A stretch of DNA of 64,000 nucleotides from Obrimoposthia wandeli (Eukaryota): the NCBI GenBank assembly GCA_977020255.1, contig CDROCS010000506.1:2108001-2172000 (forward strand), given 5' to 3'. The notes beneath the pieces are model-generated. The model searched no databases and had not been told where the DNA came from. It saw only the letters and a program-made list of their open reading frames with translations. Made by a program: the position numbers and the translations under genes. This document shows, one piece after another, positions 58,095 to 64,000 of this stretch; positions within the stretch are counted from its first letter, which is position 1, and every line of letters begins with the position of its first letter.

Positions 58095-58170
58095 TGGTGG
58101 GTCCTACTGGGCTTGAACCAGTGACCCTCGCCTTGTAAGGGCGATGCTCTCCCAACTGAGCTAAGGACCC
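58095..58170 (-). tRNA. tRNA-Val(TAC)
   Basis: GGGTCCTTAGCTCAG...CTTACAA...GGACCCACCA. Confidence 0.97.
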
Positions 58171-58209
58171 ACATTATTTTTTAGCGATAGTTGTGGCTAT
58201 CGTATAAAC

Positions 58210-58220
58210 TGGTTGCGGGA

Positions 58221-58279
<59 letters not shown>

Positions 58280-58286
58280 TCCCGCG
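58210..58286 (-). tRNA. tRNA-fMet(CAT), initiator
   Basis: C1:A72 mismatch, GGG/CCC anticodon stem. Confidence 0.97.
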
Positions 58287-58338
58287 ACAATGCTGTTGTG
58301 TACTGTTTCTCTAATAGTAAGAAAGAGCAGTAAGAAAG

Positions 58339-58414
58339 TGGTGGGCTGTGAAGGATTTGAACCTTCGACCAATTGATTAAAAGTCAACTGCTCTACCAAC
58401 TGAGCTAACAGCCC
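58339..58414 (-). tRNA. tRNA-Lys(TTT)
   Basis: Identical to 57966-58041. Confidence 0.97.
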
Positions 58415-58467
58415 CCATGGTCTTTCTTTTTATAGTTTTACGTCTTAAACGTAACACCACAATTAAG

Positions 58468-58543
58468 TGGTGGGTCCTACTGGGCTTGAACCAGTGACCC
58501 TCGCCTTGTAAGGGCGATGCTCTCCCAACTGAGCTAAGGACCC
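58468..58543 (-). tRNA. tRNA-Val(TAC)
   Basis: Identical to 58095-58170. Confidence 0.97.
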
Positions 58544-58582
58544 ACATTATTTTTTAGCGATAGTTGTGGCTATCGTATAAAC

Positions 58583-58593
58583 TGGTTGCGGGA

Positions 58594-58642
<49 letters not shown>

Positions 58643-58659
58643 AACTGCTCCATCCCGCG
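58583..58659 (-). tRNA. tRNA-fMet(CAT), initiator
   Basis: One D-loop difference from 58210-58286. Confidence 0.97.
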
Positions 58660-58682
58660 ACAATACTGTGTTATAAAGAAAG

Positions 58683-58758
58683 TGGTGGGCTGTGAAGGAT
58701 TTGAACCTTCGACCAATTGATTAAAAGTCAACTGCTCTACCAACTGAGCTAACAGCCC
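58683..58758 (-). tRNA. tRNA-Lys(TTT)
   Basis: Identical to the other Lys copies. Confidence 0.97.
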
Positions 58759-58826
58759 CCGAATTCTTTCTTCATAGTAAATCCCGTTACTTATCTTATA
58801 AAAGATATATAACCAGATTTAATATA

Positions 58827-58902
58827 TGGTGGGTCCTACTGGGCTTGAACCAGTGACCCTCGCCTTGTAAGGGCGATGCTCTCCCAACTGAGCTAAGGAC
58901 CC
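58827..58902 (-). tRNA. tRNA-Val(TAC)
   Basis: Identical to the other Val copies. Confidence 0.97.
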
Positions 58903-58963
58903 CATACTTTCGATTAATATTGGTAACGTTGTTTTGAAGCAGCGCCCCTAATCGAGGAGGCAG

Positions 58964-58992
58964 ATATTATCCACTTCCAAATGTTTATGCAA
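58964..58992 (-). promoter_or_regulatory. Stable-RNA promoter of the tRNA array
   Basis: TTGCAT-17-TAATAT with GC-rich discriminator CTGCCTCC. Confidence 0.7.
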
Positions 58993-59211
58993 CCCCTAAA
59001 TTAATTATTTTATTTAAATTGTTTAGAGGCGATCCTTTTTACTTCTTTTTGTTTATTAATTGTGCATTAAAGCCCTTGGGGGAGGCGGATAACTAATAAT
59101 AGATAACATATTTGTGAACGGCCACAATAATGACAAACCAATAACCTGCACCATTTTTAGTGAACTTAATGCTAATCCATATTAATAATGTGACTATTTT
59201 GGTGCTATAAG

Positions 59212-59247
59212 TTTACCATTATCTAGAAAACTGTTAGCATCATCACA
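59212..59247 (+). promoter_or_regulatory. cyaA P2-like promoter with overlapping CRP site
   Basis: TTTACC-17-TAGCAT; CRP-like TGTTA-gcatca-TCACA (59232-47) overlaps the -10, as recalled for E. coli cyaP2. Confidence 0.7.
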
Positions 59248-59331
59248 CTTCTATGCCCGTCTTAATCGACTCAATTTTGTTGTAAAAATAAATGAAATTA
59301 AGCATGGTTTTCTCTCATTTAAGGTTTTATT

Positions 59332-61833
59332 TTGCAGAGTAAAATTGTTGAACTGAAACATAAAGCTAAGTTGTTCAATCAACTTAGACTTGATCGCGCC
59401 TTATCCATCATGGATGACAATGGACGTGAAGTAACAGCTATTTTACCTTTATTACTGCATTGTAATCATCCAAACCTACCTGTTTATCTCGATGGAGCAG
59501 TACCTTATGGTATTTGCCTCTTTACACCTGACGAAAAACAGCAAGATTATTTAACCGCCTTAAATGTTGAAATAGATGACAAATGTACCACTTGTTCGCC
59601 TATATATAGCTTATATGCAATGGGCAGTACCGGCTCTATTGGTCAAAATTGGCGTAGTGACCTAGATATTTGGGTTTGTCATGACCCAGCGATGAGTGCA
59701 GAACAAGCTGATTTATTAGAGCAGAAATGCACGTTAATCACGGCGTGGGCTGAAACTTATCATGTCGAAGTTAATTTCTTTTTAATTGCAGAAGATAAGT
59801 TTCGTAAAGTAAATAATGCGGTGATGACAAAAGAAAGTTGTGGCAGTGCCCAACACTTTCTTTTGTTAGATGAATTTTATCGTAGTGCCTTACGGATCGC
59901 CGGTAAGCCAAGTCTATGGCATATTTTACCGGTTGAATTCGACAATAATTATGATGATTATGTTGATGAATTGGTTGCTGATGGTGTACTTGATCGTAGC
60001 GAGTGGGTTGATTTAGGTGGTTTTCCTCGAATTCCTGCTGAAGAGTATTTTGGTTCTGCGTTGTGGCAACTCTATAAAGGGATTGATTCGCCTTATAAGG
60101 CGGTATTGAAAACCTTATTAATGGAAGCTTACTCAGCGGAATACCCAAATAACCGTTTATTATCGCAAATAATGAAAGAAAATTTTCAATTGGCGTCTTC
60201 AGAACAACTCGCTTCTTCACAGCAATTAGCATTAGCACACGATACCTATTATCAGATTTTAGTGAAAGTAACGGCTTATCTCGAAAAAATAGGCGATAAC
60301 GCCCGCGTTGATTTATTACGTCGTTGTTTTTACTTGAAAATGTTCAGTGGTAATTGCGCCGCTGAAAAATTGGCGCGTCCAGAATGGCATCGTACTTCTG
60401 TTGCTGACGTGATTAGTGAGTGGAATTGGCATCCCGATCGTATTGCCCATCTTGATAACCGCGATAATTGGAAGATTGAGCAGGTTCAAGAAGCGCATCC
60501 TGAATTATTGGATGCGATGATGAAGGGTTACCGTAATCTGATTGGTTTCGCCCGTCGCAATAATATCAGCGAATCGATAAATCCAGCTGATATCGGTATT
60601 TTATCGCGAAAGTTATATGCCGCGTTTGAATCTCTGCCGGGTAAAGTGACTTACATTAACCCACAGATCTCGCCTGATTTATCCGAACATCAACTTAGTT
60701 TTGTGCAAGTACCTGATGGCCGCTTTAATAATTCCGGTTGGTACTTATATAACTCGTCGTTAGAGCCAATGCAGATTGTTGGTCGTAAACCTTTAGAGCA
60801 TAACGGTTATCTAAGTAAGTTGGTGGCCTGGAGCTACTTTAATGGTTTGATGGCAGATAAAACTCAGGTTGATATTTTTAACCAAGATTCAGATATGAAT
60901 AGCGATGTATTGAATTCATTCTGTAAAGATCTTAAAAATAAATTCCCGATAAATGCTAAACCCGCATCAAATCAAGCATTAAGCCGTCCTTGTGAAATCC
61001 GTGATTTATCTATATTTTTAAATTTAGAACATGATCCGACTAACCATTGGGGCGGTCGTATTATTGAATTCGATACCAATACCAGTGATGTGTTCTCGTT
61101 TGGTGATTGTAAAGCCTGCTTGGTAGGTAGTATTGATCTGATTTATCGTAATTCTTGGAATGAAGTGCGTACTCTGCATTTTTCTGGTGAAGAACGTATT
61201 GTTGATGCGTTAACGACGATCATGGGTAAAATGCATCAAGATGCGAGAGAGCCTGATTCAATTAAGGTGTTTTGTTATAGCCTGCATTTCCGTGGTCTGA
61301 TCCGTCATAGCTTCGAACGTTTGGTACGAGATTGTATTAGCACGCGATTACAGCGAGATAAAGATCAGGTCGTTAAAATACTGACGATTAGTGATGAGCG
61401 TTTTGGTATTTACTTTGAACGCCGTGGCGTGTCTATCCGTAAACTCGAGAGTTCACTGGATCTGTACAACCATATTTCTGAGCGTAAATTAGAGCAAATG
61501 CCATTACGTATTGATAAGACCACCACAGCTGAAGGTACGCCTTTGGCGGTTGAATCACATTCATCAGAAGGTTTAGTACAGTTCTTCTTTGAGAATTATA
61601 AAAACGGTTTTAACGTTTATATCGTTGATGAAGCGAATCGAGTCGAAACTTATCAGCATTTAAGTGGCAATAAAGATGAGTTAATTAAAGGTGTGCATCG
61701 TTTTTATACCAATTCTCAAGAAGAATCGCGTAACGAAGGCACTTTTGCTAATTTCAACTTACCGCAGTTTTACGATATCGTCTATTCTGAAAAGAAAGAA
61801 TTAGAAGTTATTCCTTACGTATCGACGAAATAG
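59332..61833 (+). CDS. cyaA: Class I adenylate cyclase (TTG start)
   Basis: LYAMGSTGSIGQ..SDLDIW, LLDEFYRS, EEYFGS.LWQLYKGIDSPYK; UUG start conserved with enteric cya. Confidence 0.97.
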   Translation: MQSKIVELKHKAKLFNQLRLDRALSIMDDNGREVTAILPLLLHCNHPNLPVYLDGAVPYGICLFTPDEKQQDYLTALNVEIDDKCTTCSPIYSLYAMGSTGSIGQNWRSDLDIWVCHDPAMSAEQADLLEQKCTLITAWAETYHVEVNFFLIAEDKFRKVNNAVMTKESCGSAQHFLLLDEFYRSALRIAGKPSLWHILPVEFDNNYDDYVDELVADGVLDRSEWVDLGGFPRIPAEEYFGSALWQLYKGIDSPYKAVLKTLLMEAYSAEYPNNRLLSQIMKENFQLASSEQLASSQQLALAHDTYYQILVKVTAYLEKIGDNARVDLLRRCFYLKMFSGNCAAEKLARPEWHRTSVADVISEWNWHPDRIAHLDNRDNWKIEQVQEAHPELLDAMMKGYRNLIGFARRNNISESINPADIGILSRKLYAAFESLPGKVTYINPQISPDLSEHQLSFVQVPDGRFNNSGWYLYNSSLEPMQIVGRKPLEHNGYLSKLVAWSYFNGLMADKTQVDIFNQDSDMNSDVLNSFCKDLKNKFPINAKPASNQALSRPCEIRDLSIFLNLEHDPTNHWGGRIIEFDTNTSDVFSFGDCKACLVGSIDLIYRNSWNEVRTLHFSGEERIVDALTTIMGKMHQDAREPDSIKVFCYSLHFRGLIRHSFERLVRDCISTRLQRDKDQVVKILTISDERFGIYFERRGVSIRKLESSLDLYNHISERKLEQMPLRIDKTTTAEGTPLAVESHSSEGLVQFFFENYKNGFNVYIVDEANRVETYQHLSGNKDELIKGVHRFYTNSQEESRNEGTFANFNLPQFYDIVYSEKKELEVIPYVSTK

Positions 61834-61916
61834 TCCGTTAATTCCTAGCCATTATTCTCCCTCCTAGGTGTTTTTATTGAAAACGGCAAATTTTATTTTT
61901 AAATTTGATTTATGCC

Positions 61917-61952
61917 TGTAAGACATTACCCATTTACACTGTAAGACTTTAC
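61917..61952. promoter_or_regulatory. Candidate UvrY/VarA/GacA upstream activating sequence for csrB copy 1
   Basis: Direct repeat TGTAAGACWTTAC x2 (23 bp apart), about 190 bp upstream of the sRNA; shares the TGTAAG half-site with the GacA box. Confidence 0.45.
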
Positions 61953-62091
61953 TATTTCATGGTTGTGGTCTTATTCGTTTTTAGCCATGTGATACACCTT
62001 GTCTTGGTTTTTAAGTTGTTGATAATAAATAACTAAGATAATAGTGTGATCTGTATCTTGTATTTTTTATGCAAAAAAATCGATTTATGTA

Positions 62092-62119
62092 TTGCAGCAA
62101 AATGGGATTTCTCTATAGT
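62092..62119 (+). promoter_or_regulatory. Promoter of csrB copy 1
   Basis: TTGCAG-16-TATAGT. Confidence 0.65.
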
Positions 62120-62126
62120 AGGTATC

Positions 62127-62452
62127 CGTAAGGACGCAGACGTAGTTGGTAAGGATTACTAACTAGATATGGATTATCGAATAGGATTTACCACAGGATG
62201 TGGTCGCAAGGAAAAGTCTTCAGGATGAAGATGCGATGGACACTCAACGGATTTGAGTTTAAGGACACCTCCAGGATGGAGAAGAAATAAATCGGATTGA
62301 TTTATTGTACCAGGATGGTAATAAAAAAAACCCGATGGATTGGGAGTTAAACCTAAAGGACATTAGGTAAGTCAATTTGCAGGGAGCAAGATTAGCTCAA
62401 GGATTGGGCTATAAGACTATTTAAGGACGGCATTTATGCCGTCCTTTTCTTT
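62127..62452 (+). ncRNA. csrB: CsrB/CsrC-family CsrA-sequestering sRNA, copy 1
   Basis: About 20 GGA motifs, many in short hairpin loops (CCACAGGATGTGG, CTTCAGGATGAAG, CTCCAGGATGGAG, TACCAGGATGGTA); intrinsic terminator at 62423-62452. Confidence 0.9.
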
Positions 62453-62767
62453 ATCTGCTATTTTATTTCTCCCCTCTTCGACAAAGACCTATTCACACTA
62501 TCATGCTGCTTTATTGAACAATATCTGTCTATAATGACGTACTTATTAGCATGCACTATTACGACGCTAGAGCTTATGTCTGTTAACCGATTCTTAATAT
62601 TCGACTGCCATATCGTTAAATCTGTTTTCTCCTCGTTAAAACGCGATTACCCCGCTTAAAATAGCCATTATAACCCTGTGTTTTTATTTCAATTTAGTGA
62701 TGGAATAGTGCTAGGTATGGGAACCATATTGGTAGTAACCTGATGCTAATTCGAGCAAGGGAACAAG

Positions 62768-63427
62768 ATGATGAAGACGACCGATAACACCTTTATTGAA
62801 ACAGATTTTAGCGATCAAGATTTAGAATCGATGATCTTTACGCGCTGTGCTTTTTACCGTTGTGATTTTAATCATGCGCAATTAAGTGATGCTGAATTTA
62901 TTGATTGCCAATTTTTTGAAGCGGGCAACCTGTCCGGTTGTCGATTTGATTACGCGGATTTGAAAGGCTGCAGTTTTAAAAATTGTGACTTAAATATGAG
63001 TCTGTTTACTGGTGCCGAATGTTTTGGTATTGAGTTTCGAGGTTGTAATCTACAAGGCGCAGATTTTAACCGAGCTAGCTTTGCTAATTATATCACTCAG
63101 AAAATCTTCTTTTGTTCTGCTTATATAAGCCAATGTAATTTGAGTTATGCCAACCTTGCGGATCAACGCCTCGAAAAGTGTGAGTTGTATGAAAACCGTT
63201 GGACCGGCTGTAATTTAGTTGGGGCATCATTACAGGGTTCAGATCTAAGCCGTGGCGAGTTCTCTCAAGAGAGTTGGTCACAGTTTAATCTGCAACATTG
63301 TAATTTAAGCCATGTAGACCTTACTGGTCTTGACCCTAGACAGGTTCATTTACAAGGGGTGACGATTTGTAGTTGGCAGCAGGAACAACTATTAGCGCCG
63401 TTTGGATTGATTATTGGTGGTGATTAA
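62768..63427 (+). CDS. qnr: Qnr-family pentapeptide repeat protein (QnrA/S/VC-like)
   Basis: 218-219 aa pentapeptide repeats with Qnr hallmarks FCSAYIS.CNLSYAN, LEKCELYENRW, SDLSRG.FS, GLDPR, WQQEQLL. Confidence 0.9.
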   Translation: MMKTTDNTFIETDFSDQDLESMIFTRCAFYRCDFNHAQLSDAEFIDCQFFEAGNLSGCRFDYADLKGCSFKNCDLNMSLFTGAECFGIEFRGCNLQGADFNRASFANYITQKIFFCSAYISQCNLSYANLADQRLEKCELYENRWTGCNLVGASLQGSDLSRGEFSQESWSQFNLQHCNLSHVDLTGLDPRQVHLQGVTICSWQQEQLLAPFGLIIGGD

Positions 63428-63435
63428 TAACGCAG

Positions 63436-63451
63436 AGTGATCATGATCACA
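63436..63451. promoter_or_regulatory. CRP-like site between qnr and csrB copy 2
   Basis: AGTGA-TCATGA-TCACA, 9/10 match to TGTGA-N6-TCACA. Confidence 0.6.
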
Positions 63452-63720
63452 TATTTATTGCTGCTATTACTGGTTCAATAAGCACGGTATTTATAAGCTG
63501 CTTTTTGCGTGTAAGAGATCGACCATTCAAACCTGTAGATAAAGTACTTATATTCAAGTGTGATCCTCGGGTATGAATGTTTTTATTTCTTGGTATACAA
63601 GGCTTACAGCCTATTCTCACGGTATTTTTAGCGATTCACACTGCAAAATTAGTGTTCTAGCACTAATTAAATTTGTTTTTTATCGCTATTTATTGTTTTT
63701 AGATTTGTTATATTTGTTTC

Positions 63721-64000
63721 CAGAGACGCAGGAAGCTCATCAGGATGATGACTTGGCTCTCTACTGAAACCGCAAGGATGTGGTGGATTACAAGGATAGC
63801 ACTCACGGATTTAGAGTGAATAAAGGACACCTCCAGGACGGAGATGAGAAACAGGTTAGGATGACTTGTTAGGCTAGGATTGCCAAAGGAACAACTCAAA
63901 GGATTGGGGAAAAGTAAATCACCTAACGGATTAGGTAAAAACGTCTAAGTGCAGGGAGCACAATAAGTTCAAGGATATGAGCTATTACGACAACGTAAAA
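63721..64000 (+). ncRNA. csrB: CsrB/CsrC-family sRNA, copy 2 (runs off window)
   Basis: 17 GGA motifs in 280 nt; shares AAGGACACCTCCAGGAYGGAG, ACCTAA..TTAGGT and GCAGGGAGC with copy 1; extended -10 TGtTATATT at 63706-14. Confidence 0.88.

Noticed and set aside
62127-62452. Short repeated hairpins as a possible CRISPR array or REP cluster
   Set aside because: No constant-length repeats with unique spacers and no cas genes; GGA-loop hairpins plus a terminator fit CsrB.
62453-62767. LexA (SOS) box upstream of qnr
   Set aside because: No CTGT-N8-ACAG match found.
63427-63480. attC site or integron cassette context for qnr (as in qnrVC)
   Set aside because: No RYYYAAC...GTTRRRY inverted core; the palindrome there fits a CRP site better.
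63573-63899. 64-aa and 63-aa ORFs near the window end
   Set aside because: They overlap the csrB-2 promoter and sRNA and have no protein-like features.

Overview
Core chromosomal segment of a low-GC (about 40%) marine gammaproteobacterium. From recollection of the 16S V1-V3 sequence and from gene order it is most likely Moritella; this was not database-checked. Contents in order: (1) the 3' part of a clean rRNA operon with a tRNA-free ITS; (2) pgi, a copA-cueR pair with a MerR-type promoter, a YecA-like gene, a thioesterase, a COG0523 GTPase, a stand-alone yeast-type leuA with a candidate Leu leader, and an OMF-MFP-RND efflux operon with unknown flanking genes; (3) a second rRNA operon (Ile/Ala ITS) full of indels and Firmicutes-like patches, followed by three progressively garbled tRNA-Asp/terminator repeats, probably an assembly or polishing chimera; (4) the conserved block codBA, ubiEJB, tatABCD, calB-TetR, hemB, gppA, rhlB, trxA, rho, ubiD, fre, hemYXDC; (5) between hemC and cyaA, a copper/silver efflux islet plus an 8-tRNA array; (6) cyaA, then a chromosomal qnr gene between two paralogous CsrB-type sRNAs. 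The best candidate for an undescribed system is the Cu islet. A CueR-type promoter precedes a secreted Cys/His/Met protein ending in an RPP motif (possible arrest-peptide uORF), then cusCBA, then, in place of cusF, a cytochrome b562-fold protein with a 30-aa Met/His-rich loop. Second is the csrB-qnr-csrB arrangement. All calls come from reading the sequence; no searches were run.
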